Source: Nitrosospira sp. (GTDB lineage: Bacteria > Pseudomonadota > Gammaproteobacteria > Burkholderiales > Nitrosomonadaceae). Taken from it: DNA of 33,896 nucleotides. Below are positions 19,907 to 28,192 of this stretch, one piece after another (position 1 is the first letter of the stretch; each line of letters starts with the position of its first letter). The notes below the pieces were generated by a model. The model ran no database searches, had not been told where the DNA came from, and saw only the letters and a program-made list of their open reading frames with translations. Where the stretch lies: positions 1-33,896 of the forward strand of contig JBDTWQ010000145.1 of the NCBI GenBank assembly GCA_040006595.1, in the 5' to 3' direction. Position numbers and translations under genes: made by a program.

Positions 19907-20170
19907 GAAATGCCCTCCATGAGGCAGTGTAAAACGTTCAGAAAGTTTTGATGTCTTTTGCCGCCGAATTAGTGAGTGAGTCAGAGGGACCTGATACGCC
20001 CACCAAGGCGTATAGCTACAGGGTATTCTTCTCTAGCTCAGGTTGGCATTCTGGTCAAGCAGCAGGCAAGGAATATATATTTTTGCCTGGAACTGACATA
20101 TTGGCTCACCCTCGACGTGGCAGGCAATTTTTATGTTAAACTTAATTTTCTCAAAAGCCGTGAGGAAAGC

Positions 20171-21487
20171 ATGCTGGGCGACAAAAACAGCATTTTAGCG
20201 CATAAACCGCTGGCGCTGACTAAAAAACGATTGCGTTGGCTAATTCTATTATCGAGTTTTCCGCTCTTTGGTATGGTGGCTGCTTTCGGCATTGCTCCAG
20301 ACACGTCGCTGGAGGAGCCGCCGGTAGAGGAAGTTATCCTCGGTCTTGAGCTCCCGGAGATCATTCCCGATTCCGGCGCCCCTATGACATTCTGGCGTCA
20401 GGAAAGCGTTCAACGCGGTGACACAATTGCAACCCTGCTTTCGCGGCTCGAGGTGAATAACCAGAACGCAGCCCTTTTTCTTCGCGATGCAAGAGATGTG
20501 AAAGCCATGCATCAACTTGTGCCAGGCAGGGCCGTTCACGTGCAGACGACAGCGACCGGAGAATTGCTTTTATTGCGCTACTTTCCTGGCGGTAGTGAGC
20601 AACTGGTGATGGAAAAAAGCGGGAGCGCATTCAAAGTAAACGAAAAATCGGCCAATCTGGAGACTCATATTCAGATGAAATCCGGGGTAATAAACAGTTC
20701 GCTGTTCGCCGCTGTGGATAAAGCGGGGGTGCCCGAAAGCGTTGCCATTCAGATTGTCGATATTTTGGCATCGGACATCGATTTTCACCGGGATTTACGC
20801 AAGGGTGACCGCTTTACGGTGGTATATGATTCACTTTATGGCAACGGCGAACCGGCTAGAGCTGGACGAGTACTGGCAGTGGAGTTTGTTAACCAGGGGG
20901 TACCGCATCGAGCAGTCTATTTCCAGGCGGAAAATGGGGAAAGTGGATATTACGCACCTGACGGCAAAAATTTGCGAAAAGCATTCCTTCGTTCACCATT
21001 GGAATTTTCTCGCATCAGTTCCGGCTTTTCCAGCGCTCGCTTTCATCCGATTCTGAAAACATGGCGTGCTCATAGCGGCATCGATTATGCTGCGCCGACC
21101 GGCACGCGGGTGAAGGCCGCCGCCGATGGAACAGTGGCTGTTGCAGGCTGGCAGGGCGGGTATGGTAACGTCATCATCTTGCAACACCAGGGGCAATATT
21201 CCACCGTTTATGGTCACCTATCGACTTTTGCTAAAGGCTTGCGCCAGGGGCAACGTGTCAGCCAAGGCGATATAATCGGTCATGTCGGTGCCACCGGAAT
21301 GGCTACAGGCCCACATCTGCATTATGAATTTCGCTTCAATGGTGTGCAACGTGACCCGTTGCGTGTCGCGATGCCGGCCGCTAATCCTGTCTCAGCCAAA
21401 CATATGGCTGTATTCTACAATTATACAAAGCCTCTGATGGCTCGATTGGATATGTTGCGCGGTACTAACCTCGCATTCGTGGACTAG
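20171..21487 (+). CDS. M23 family peptidoglycan DD-endopeptidase (MepM/OapA-like)
   Basis: HSGIDY (HxxxD), YGHL, TGPHLHYE (HxH); one N-terminal TM helix. Start placed at ATG 20171 behind GAGGAAAG. Confidence 0.93.
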   Translation: MLGDKNSILAHKPLALTKKRLRWLILLSSFPLFGMVAAFGIAPDTSLEEPPVEEVILGLELPEIIPDSGAPMTFWRQESVQRGDTIATLLSRLEVNNQNAALFLRDARDVKAMHQLVPGRAVHVQTTATGELLLLRYFPGGSEQLVMEKSGSAFKVNEKSANLETHIQMKSGVINSSLFAAVDKAGVPESVAIQIVDILASDIDFHRDLRKGDRFTVVYDSLYGNGEPARAGRVLAVEFVNQGVPHRAVYFQAENGESGYYAPDGKNLRKAFLRSPLEFSRISSGFSSARFHPILKTWRAHSGIDYAAPTGTRVKAAADGTVAVAGWQGGYGNVIILQHQGQYSTVYGHLSTFAKGLRQGQRVSQGDIIGHVGATGMATGPHLHYEFRFNGVQRDPLRVAMPAANPVSAKHMAVFYNYTKPLMARLDMLRGTNLAFVD

Positions 21488-21565
21488 CCCTGTATTAATC
21501 CTGTATCGGAAAATAGCAAGGTATATCGACGGCCGGATTTTAAATCCGCTTACTATATCGGGATC

Positions 21566-22639
21566 ATGTCGGGCACCAGCCTTGACGGGATCGATGCGGT
21601 ATTAGCGGATCTTAATTCGTCACCGCCGTCTCTGCTATACACCTTTTATCTGCCCTACGATAGAGATCTGCGCAGTCGATTGCTGGATCTGCACCATTCA
21701 AGTCATGATGAGCTGCATCGCGCAGCCATGATGGGCAACGAACTTGCCCATCGTTATGCAGAGACTGTGGTTGGTCTACTTAATGAAAGTGGGATTAAAC
21801 GGCAGGACGTCGCCGCCATTGGCTGTCACGGGCAGACCGTGCGCCACTGTCCGCAACGAGAGTGGGGCTATACAATCCAGTTGTGCAACTCCGCATTGCT
21901 GGTTGAGCTCACCGGTATTACCGTAGTGTCAGACTTCAGGAGCCGTGATGTAGCGGCAGGAGGCCAGGGTGCGCCTCTGGTTCCCGCGTTTCATCAGGTT
22001 TTGTTCGGAGATCCGCTAATTCATCGTGTCCTTGCCAATATCGGTGGCATCTCCAATCTCACCAGTCTTGCACCCAACGGAGAAGTCGCCGGATTTGACT
22101 GTGGCCCCGGCAATATAATGATGGACGCATGGTGTTTGCGTCATACGGGCAAGACATACGATGAAAATGGGGCGTGGGCCGCGTCCGGCAAAGTAATTCC
22201 GGAGTTACTTGAAAAACTCCTTGCACTTGAATTCTTTTCTCTTCCGCCACCAAAAAGTACCGGCAGGGAAATATTCAATCTGGCTTGGCTGGAGAGTTGC
22301 TTATCCGGGGACGAGAAGCCTGCGGACGTGCAGGCAACCTTGCTGCAGCTGACTATCAGAGGAATTGCTGAGTCAGTGTTTACATACTTTCCGAATGCAG
22401 CGGAAATTTATTTGTGTGGCGGCGGAGCGCGTAATGGAGCACTGATTGCCCGGTTACGGTCAGTGCTGTGTGGCAAGAAAGTAGAATTAACGGACAGGCT
22501 TGGCGTTGATGCCGACTGGCTGGAAGCATTTGCTTTTGCATGGCTGGCGCAACGGGCTATCCTGGGGTTTCCAGGAAACGTTCCTGGGATTACCGGCGCA
22601 AAAGGCGCCAGACTTCTGGGCGCAATTTACCCAGCTTAA
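21566..22639 (+). CDS. anmK: Anhydro-N-acetylmuramic acid kinase
   Basis: MSGTSLDG, GCHGQTVRH, DFRSRDVAAGGQGAPLVP, NIGGISN, FDCGPGN, PKSTGRE, EAFAFAWLA. True start is probably upstream (see findings). Confidence 0.96.
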   Translation: MSGTSLDGIDAVLADLNSSPPSLLYTFYLPYDRDLRSRLLDLHHSSHDELHRAAMMGNELAHRYAETVVGLLNESGIKRQDVAAIGCHGQTVRHCPQREWGYTIQLCNSALLVELTGITVVSDFRSRDVAAGGQGAPLVPAFHQVLFGDPLIHRVLANIGGISNLTSLAPNGEVAGFDCGPGNIMMDAWCLRHTGKTYDENGAWAASGKVIPELLEKLLALEFFSLPPPKSTGREIFNLAWLESCLSGDEKPADVQATLLQLTIRGIAESVFTYFPNAAEIYLCGGGARNGALIARLRSVLCGKKVELTDRLGVDADWLEAFAFAWLAQRAILGFPGNVPGITGAKGARLLGAIYPA

Positions 22640-22684
22640 GTCGGGAGCCTGGACTTTCAACCGCGACATTAATACTTGTCCTGC

Positions 22685-22712
22685 AAAAAAAAGGAAGCGC
22701 GGGTTCTTTTTT
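22685..22712. terminator. Possible weak bidirectional terminator between convergent anmK and erpA
   Basis: AAAAAAAAGGAA-GCGCGGG-TTCTTTTTT imperfect hairpin flanked by A and T tracts; stem is weak. Confidence 0.3.
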
Positions 22713-22733
22713 CTAAAACGATTCCATCATTGC

Positions 22734-23102
22734 TTAAATGGAAAACGAGGATCCGCAACCACAGGTGCTGGAGGCACCTGGATTCTTGATAATAAATTGA
22801 GCGCCCTCGGCATTCTCCTGATAGTCAATTTCTGCTCCGGCCAAGTACTGGAAACTCATCGGGTCGATCAGAAGTTTCACTCCGTTCTTTTCCATTACGG
22901 TATCGTCTTCGCTTGTTAGCTCATCAAAAGTAAAGCCATATTTAAAACCGGAGCATCCCCCACCAGCCACAAATACTCTCAGCTTTAGATCATTATTTCC
23001 TTCTTCTTCAATCAACTGCCTGACCTTGCTAGCCGCCCTATCAGTAAAGATTAATGGGACTTGCATTTCTGTGATCAGGTTTCCCTCCGTTACGGCATTC
23101 AT
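22734..23102 (-). CDS. erpA: Iron-sulfur cluster insertion protein ErpA
   Basis: [11 protein letters not shown] and [14 protein letters not shown] motifs; conserved position next to anmK. Confidence 0.95.
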   Translation of the reverse strand: MNAVTEGNLITEMQVPLIFTDRAASKVRQLIEEEGNNDLKLRVFVAGGGCSGFKYGFTFDELTSEDDTVMEKNGVKLLIDPMSFQYLAGAEIDYQENAEGAQFIIKNPGASSTCGCGSSFSI

Positions 23103-23133
23103 ATTGAATTCCTAAATAAAATTAGCTAAGAAA

Positions 23134-23162
23134 ATTATCCTCTGCTACCGCACTTAGGTCAA
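23134..23162 (-). promoter_or_regulatory. Putative sigma70 promoter of erpA
   Basis: On the minus strand TTGACC (23162-23157), 17 nt, GATAAT (23139-23134), about 30 nt before the erpA ATG. Confidence 0.6.
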
Positions 23163-23572
23163 TCACCATGGGCAGCGGGTATCAATGTAACCACCTTATT
23201 GTCTGATTGAGCATTATCCTGGTGAAGCAACATGCCATCAATTGACGCTCCAAGCTGAATTTCCATGGTTTTGTAAACGACATCCCCGACGATTCTGGCC
23301 TTGGCTTGTAGTTCTACATACTCATTTGCATTAATGGCACCGACTACGGTGCCATTAATGACTGCGTGAGAAACCTCGATTTTCCCTTCAACGATCGCCT
23401 GGTCGCTCAGGACTAAAGTGCTGGGTTTGTCCCCCATTGCGGTGATATTGCCTCGGACATGGCCGTCTATACGTAAACCTCCACTGAAACTGATATGACC
23501 ATCAATACGGGTGCCAGTACCAATAAGTGAATCAATCTGGTTTTGGGGTTTACCTGTTTTTTTTCCGAACAT
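23159..23572 (-). CDS. Bactofilin (polymer-forming cytoskeletal protein, CcmA family)
   Basis: SLIGTGTRIDGHISFSGGLRIDGHVRGNI beta-helix repeats. Start placed at ATG 23572 (MFGKK) behind AAGGAG. Confidence 0.92.
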   Translation of the reverse strand: MFGKKTGKPQNQIDSLIGTGTRIDGHISFSGGLRIDGHVRGNITAMGDKPSTLVLSDQAIVEGKIEVSHAVINGTVVGAINANEYVELQAKARIVGDVVYKTMEIQLGASIDGMLLHQDNAQSDNKVVTLIPAAHGD

Positions 23573-23583
23573 TCTTCTCTCCT

Positions 23584-24330
23584 TCAAATAGACAGATTTA
23601 CGGTCTGCATTAATCTCGCCTGCGCCACCCCGTTCTCAAATACTTTCACCTGCATGCTTTCTACCATAGCATCTGGGGGCATCCGGAAGCTTCTCTCCAC
23701 ACGCTCATAGAACTTGAAGCTGATGTTAAACGTCTTTGTCGGGCTTTCGCTGGCAAGAGGCGTGACCATTTTTTCTCCATTCTGCAGGAAATTAACTACG
23801 AATTCCAGACTGCCCTGAAAATCCTTAATACGCTGTCCGCCTTGTACCAGCAGCAGGCTGTAACGATATTCTCCCGGCAGCTGACCTCGCTCGAGCTTTA
23901 AACGACCGATCGAAACCCGTTGTTCGGTTTTTCCGCTGACTGATCCAAGATTCTGGAAAAATGCGAGATCTTCCTTCAAACGAATATTTTCATCTTCCAG
24001 GTTTTTGACATGCTTGATAATGTCTTGACGTGCCACGAGGTCCATTTGCAGTTGGCGCTCAAGTCCAGCTACCTTCATACGCAATTCGTCATTATTTTGC
24101 TGCAGACGGCTGTTCAACTGGGATAGCCGATCCGAATCAAAAGGTATCTCATTTTTTTCAAAACTGGAAAATTTGCGTCCAGCATCGTACATGCCCCAGG
24201 ACAGACCCAACGCAAGTACGGTAAGGAAGGCGATAGCCAGCCAGCGCAAATATACCGGCCTTTGCGGACGCACCGCCACTCGCGCCGCGAATATACCAGA
24301 TCTTCTTTTAGGCAATTTAATCATAATCAT
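23584..24330 (-). CDS. Membrane-anchored coiled-coil protein (DUF6776-like)
   Basis: TM helix, coiled coil ending LKEDLAFFQ, C-terminal beta-rich domain with YRYSLLLVQ and FKFYERVE. Typical position upstream of bactofilin. Confidence 0.75.
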   Translation of the reverse strand: MIMIKLPKRRSGIFAARVAVRPQRPVYLRWLAIAFLTVLALGLSWGMYDAGRKFSSFEKNEIPFDSDRLSQLNSRLQQNNDELRMKVAGLERQLQMDLVARQDIIKHVKNLEDENIRLKEDLAFFQNLGSVSGKTEQRVSIGRLKLERGQLPGEYRYSLLLVQGGQRIKDFQGSLEFVVNFLQNGEKMVTPLASESPTKTFNISFKFYERVERSFRMPPDAMVESMQVKVFENGVAQARLMQTVNLSI

Positions 24331-24403
24331 CAGTTTACGCCGCTATGTCGGCGACACACTGAAAAGATGTGGTACTTTGTGATTACTATATGTAGTGACA
24401 AAC

Positions 24404-24427
24404 CGATGTTTCTAACACACTACGCTA
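24404..24427. repeat. Degenerate solo terminal repeat of the same MITE family as 8837-8925
   Basis: CGATGTTTCTAACACACTACGCTA matches 8902-8925 CGATCTTTCTGACGCACTACACTA at 20 of 24 positions. Confidence 0.6.
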
Positions 24428-25453
24428 AGGCAGCATTGGAGCATGGTTGATAGCAAGAGTCTCTGGCAAGCCGAACATAAGATTCATGTTCTGCACAGCC
24501 TGTCCGGCAGCACCCTTGACGAGGTTGTCCGTTACCGAGAGTATCACCGCCGTGTCGCCGCCTTGCGGGCGGTGGACCGCAAGGCGGCAGAGGTTTGAAC
24601 CTCGCACTGAGCGGGTTTCGGGATGAGAGCCCAAGGGAAGTACGTCAACAAATGGTTCATCGGTATAGCGTTTTTCGTATAGCGCCTGCAAATCGACATC
24701 CTTCGTAAGCCTGGCATAGAGCGTAGCATGAATGCCTCGGATCATTGGGGTGAGGTGTGGGACGAACGTCAATCCAATCGGTTTACCTGCCACATGAGAC
24801 AAACCTTGCCTGATCTCTGGCAGATGGCGGTGCCCGGGTACGCCATAGGCTTTGAAGTTGTCAGAAGCTTCGGCAAACAATGTATGTACCTCCGCATTGC
24901 GGCCCGCACCGGACACACCGGATTTCGCATCGGCGATGAGATGATCCAGGTCCACAATACCAGCTTCGATCAGAGGCAGGAAACCCAGTTGCACTGCGGT
25001 AGGATAACAGCCAGGATTCGCTATGAGCCGTGCATCTTTGATTTTGTCGCGGTTGATTTCGGGTAGACCATAAACAGCCTCTGCCACCAGATCAGGGCAG
25101 GCATGCTGCATGCCATACCATTTTTCCCATGCTGCTACATCCTTGATACGGAAATCGGCGGCCAGATCTATCACCCGCACTCCTGCATCCAGCAATGATC
25201 TGACCTGTTGCATGGCGATACCGTTGGGTGTGGCAAAGAACACCATGTCGCATTTGTCCAGATCTGCATCGACCGGATCACAAAATTTAAGCGACACTCG
25301 TCCGCGCAAGTTGGGAAATAACTCGGCTACCGTCATTCCGACCTCTTTGCGCGAAGTGATCGCTTGTATGCTTACTTCGGGATGCTGAGACAAAATGCGC
25401 AGTAACTCTACGCCGGTATAGCCGGTCCCGCCTACAATCCCAACTTTAAACAT
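24425..25453 (-). CDS. argC: N-acetyl-gamma-glutamyl-phosphate reductase
   Basis: [42 protein letters not shown]. Start placed at ATG 25453 behind GGAGGT. Confidence 0.97.
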   Translation of the reverse strand: MFKVGIVGGTGYTGVELLRILSQHPEVSIQAITSRKEVGMTVAELFPNLRGRVSLKFCDPVDADLDKCDMVFFATPNGIAMQQVRSLLDAGVRVIDLAADFRIKDVAAWEKWYGMQHACPDLVAEAVYGLPEINRDKIKDARLIANPGCYPTAVQLGFLPLIEAGIVDLDHLIADAKSGVSGAGRNAEVHTLFAEASDNFKAYGVPGHRHLPEIRQGLSHVAGKPIGLTFVPHLTPMIRGIHATLYARLTKDVDLQALYEKRYTDEPFVDVLPLGSHPETRSVRGSNLCRLAVHRPQGGDTAVILSVTDNLVKGAAGQAVQNMNLMFGLPETLAINHAPMLP

Positions 25454-25733
25454 AGACCTCCCCAGTTTACGGAGCAAGCGGAATCCTTATGAGGACATAA
25501 GAATACACAGTTGCGAGCACCCACTTCGTGGATCGTGTGCTTATCCCGTCTCACCAAAATACTTCACTGCTCAAAAAATGTTTCTTTGCATATCAAGCAT
25601 ATCCTGCATTAACATTTTCGCTCCCGCCCTCATTAGCTACTGAGTTTGCCTGGAACCTTGCAGCGACACGCTTATTTTATTGTTTGTTGCCGCACGGAAA
25701 GTAAAATCGGCTAATCGATTATAAGCAACAAAT

Positions 25734-25762
25734 AAAAAAGCCGCCAGGCTGGCGGCTTTTTT
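25734..25762 (-). terminator. Rho-independent terminator of rplM-rpsI (bidirectional form)
   Basis: AAAAAAGCCGCCA-GGC-TGGCGGCTTTTTT: perfect GC stem flanked by A and T tracts, 22 nt past the rpsI stop. Confidence 0.9.
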
Positions 25763-25784
25763 AAGAACGATATGCGCAAAACGC

Positions 25785-26177
25785 TTATCGTTTGGAGAAC
25801 TGTTTGCGCCGCCGCGCCTTACGTAGGCCAACCTTCTTTCGCTCTACTTCACGCGCATCACGCGTGACCAGTCCGGCGCTGCTCAATACGGGTTTAAGCG
25901 TGGCGTCAAAGTCAATCAAGGCGCGGGTAATACCGTGGCGCACTGCTCCGGCTTGCCCGGATTCACCGCCCCCGTGGATGTTGACCGTGATGTCAAAGCT
26001 TGTAAGATTACCGGTTAACTCAAGTGGCTGGCGAACTACCATGCGGCCCGTTTCGCGGGAAAAGAATTCGTCAACTGGTCTGTTATTGACGGTAATCAAA
26101 CCTTTCCCAGGTTTGATGAACACCCGCGCCACCGCACTTTTGCGGCGACCGGTACCATAATTATACGTTACGCTCAT
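25785..26177 (-). CDS. rpsI: 30S ribosomal protein S9
   Basis: [13 protein letters not shown]...[10 protein letters not shown]...[18 protein letters not shown]. Start placed at ATG 26177. Confidence 0.98.
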   Translation of the reverse strand: MSVTYNYGTGRRKSAVARVFIKPGKGLITVNNRPVDEFFSRETGRMVVRQPLELTGNLTSFDITVNIHGGGESGQAGAVRHGITRALIDFDATLKPVLSSAGLVTRDAREVERKKVGLRKARRRKQFSKR

Positions 26178-26181
26178 GATA

Positions 26182-26616
26182 TTAAGCCCTGACTTCGAGT
26201 TGTCGCGGTTGTTGCGCCGCATGCGGGTGCGTGGCGCCGGCGTAAATCTTCAGTTTCCTTAACATGGCATAGCCGAGTGGACCCTTTGGCAGCATACCCT
26301 TGACTGCTTTTTCCAGAGGCCGCTCTGGAAAGCGTGCGTGCATTTTTGAGAAACTGGTCTCATAAATTCCGCCTGGATACCCGCTATGGCGGTAATAAGT
26401 CTTATCTTCCGCCTTGTTGCCGGTGACACGCAACTTGTCCACATTGATTACAACAATGAAATCGCCAGTGTCCACATGAGGAGTGAAAATGGGCTTATGC
26501 TTGCCCCGCAGACGATGGGCAATCTCTGCAGCGAGACGCCCTAATACTTTGTCGGCCGCATCGATCACGAACCAGTCGTGGGTCACTTCATGTGGTTTGG
26601 CTGAAAAGGTTTTCAC
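26182..26616 (-). CDS. rplM: 50S ribosomal protein L13
   Basis: [44 protein letters not shown]; GTG start. Confidence 0.98.
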   Translation of the reverse strand: MKTFSAKPHEVTHDWFVIDAADKVLGRLAAEIAHRLRGKHKPIFTPHVDTGDFIVVINVDKLRVTGNKAEDKTYYRHSGYPGGIYETSFSKMHARFPERPLEKAVKGMLPKGPLGYAMLRKLKIYAGATHPHAAQQPRQLEVRA

Positions 26617-26648
26617 AAAGCCTGTCCCCGTTTTTTTGGTAGCCGCGC

Positions 26649-26677
26649 ATTTTATGCCAGACCAGGACGAATGTCAA
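26649..26677 (-). promoter_or_regulatory. sigma70 promoter of rplM-rpsI
   Basis: On the minus strand TTGACA (26677-26672), 17 nt, TAAAAT (26654-26649), followed by a GC-rich discriminator GCGCGGC as expected for a stringently controlled promoter. Confidence 0.85.
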
Positions 26678-27003
26678 ACTCACATCCTTCCAAAGGCGGT
26701 TCCAGAATAGATGCTCATCGCCACTGGCGCAGGCCGCGCGATTTATTCCCGTTGACACTCTGCAGAGCGACAGGAATTTTGAAAGCACAGTGTAAATATA
26801 CTGGCCATATTTGTGTGCATGTCTACGTTGCCACCGAAGCCGCACAATGGCATTAAATCTTTGCTTATTCATACCAAAATTTGGGAGAAAACAGGTATTA
26901 TGTCGACAAAAAAGTGCTGCCAAAGATTTGTTGGAGTCGGTGGGTTTCTTGGTAAGAAAGTACTTTAACATTCTTATTATTTATTGTCTGAGGAGAGCGT
27001 TGC

Positions 27004-27876
27004 ATGTCACAAAAACACCCTGTTATCGCCGTTACTGGATCCTCCGGCGCCGGTACGTCGACGGTCAAGAATAGTTTCGAGCATATTTTCCGTCGCGAGA
27101 AGTTGACTGCTGCGGTAGTAGAAGGTGACAGTTTCCATCGCTATGACCGAGATGCCATGAAGCACGCCGTAGCTGAATCGGAAAAAGACGGCGGTCATCC
27201 CATCAGTCATTTTGGTCCAGAAGCCAACGAGTTCGAGAAACTGGAGGCGCTATTCAAGGAATATGGCGAGAGCGGTGGTGGCAAGACCCGTCTGTATCTG
27301 CATAATGATGAAGAAGCTGCACCCTACCAGCAGAAGGCTGGCACGTTTACCCCATGGACAACGATAGAGCCCGGTTCCGATATGCTGTTTTATGAGGGTT
27401 TGCATGGCGGAGTGACGAGTGATAACGCTGATGTGGCAAAATATGTGGATTTGCTGGTGGGTGTTGTGCCAATTGTCAATCTGGAATGGATCCAGAAAAT
27501 CCATCGTGACATGAGTGCACGTGGCTATTCGGCAGAGGCAGTGACCCATACCATCCTCCGCCGCATGCACGATTATGTGTATTACATTACTCCGCAATTT
27601 TCCCGTACTCATATTAATTTTCAGCGAGTACCCACGGTTGACACATCCAATCCTTTTATTGCGCGCGACATCCCGACCCTCGATGAAAGTTTTGTCGTGA
27701 TTCGCTTCCGCGATTCAAAGAATGTAGACTTTCCTTACCTGCTCTCCATGATTAACAACTCATTCATGTCTCGTCCGAATACAATTGTCGTCCCGGGTGG
27801 AAAAATGGGATTGGCAATCGAATTGATATTAACGCCATTGATTCTAGATCTAGTGAGGGAAAGCCGAAGTAAATAG
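27004..27876 (+). CDS. prkB: Phosphoribulokinase (proteobacterial PRK, cbbP/prkB)
   Basis: HPVIAVTGSSGAGT, EGDSFHRY, FYEGLHG, NLEWIQKIHRD, RVPTVDTSNPF. AGGAG SD upstream. Confidence 0.96.
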   Translation: MSQKHPVIAVTGSSGAGTSTVKNSFEHIFRREKLTAAVVEGDSFHRYDRDAMKHAVAESEKDGGHPISHFGPEANEFEKLEALFKEYGESGGGKTRLYLHNDEEAAPYQQKAGTFTPWTTIEPGSDMLFYEGLHGGVTSDNADVAKYVDLLVGVVPIVNLEWIQKIHRDMSARGYSAEAVTHTILRRMHDYVYYITPQFSRTHINFQRVPTVDTSNPFIARDIPTLDESFVVIRFRDSKNVDFPYLLSMINNSFMSRPNTIVVPGGKMGLAIELILTPLILDLVRESRSK

Positions 27877-27895
27877 TCATGTCAGGATGGGTTCT

Positions 27896-28090
27896 TTAGA
27901 AAGATATCTGGATAAAATCCAGATCTCGTCGTGATTCTGCTGCGTTACTCAAGAAATTTTATCGCTTCCCTATCAAACAGCGGTGCGCTAGAATTTCTTG
28001 TGGCATCACTTTGTGACTTGCCTTCTTAGCCTGTTTCACGTCCAGCAAGATAAGCTTGCCTGGAATTTTGAATTTGTAGAGCGCCACTAA
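27896..28090. repeat. Degenerate intergenic element with nested inverted repeats (MITE/REP-like)
   Basis: 27950-27965 pairs with 27985-28000 (one mismatch, one G-U); CGTGA 27930-27934 with TCACG 28036-28040; AAAATCCAG 27914-27922 with CTGGAATTTT 28060-28069; TTAG...CTAA ends. Confidence 0.5.
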
Positions 28091-28192
28091 ACAATATTTC
28101 TAGCAAGCCGACTTTATACTGTCCTTTTGCCTGCTGTTGATGAAGGCTAAATAATTCCGGTTTCAAATTTATACCGGAAAAATTTTCTCTTA

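Noticed and set aside
20030-20062. TAGCTCAGGTTGG resembling a tRNA D-arm at the kinase boundary
   Set aside because: No acceptor stem, anticodon arm or TTCGA T-loop follows.
26588-26971. 127-aa ORF upstream of rplM, and small intergenic ORFs 25637-25831 and 28026-28214
   Set aside because: No motifs; they run through the rplM promoter, the rpsI terminator or repeat DNA.
27908-27922. CTGGATAAAATCCAG as a LexA SOS box upstream of uvrD
   Set aside because: Spacing is CTG-N9-CAG rather than N10, it is about 270 bp from the uvrD start, and it is better explained as part of the inverted-repeat element.
28001-28017. TGGCATCACTTTG as a sigma54 promoter
   Set aside because: No GC at the -12 position with the required GG-N10-GC spacing.
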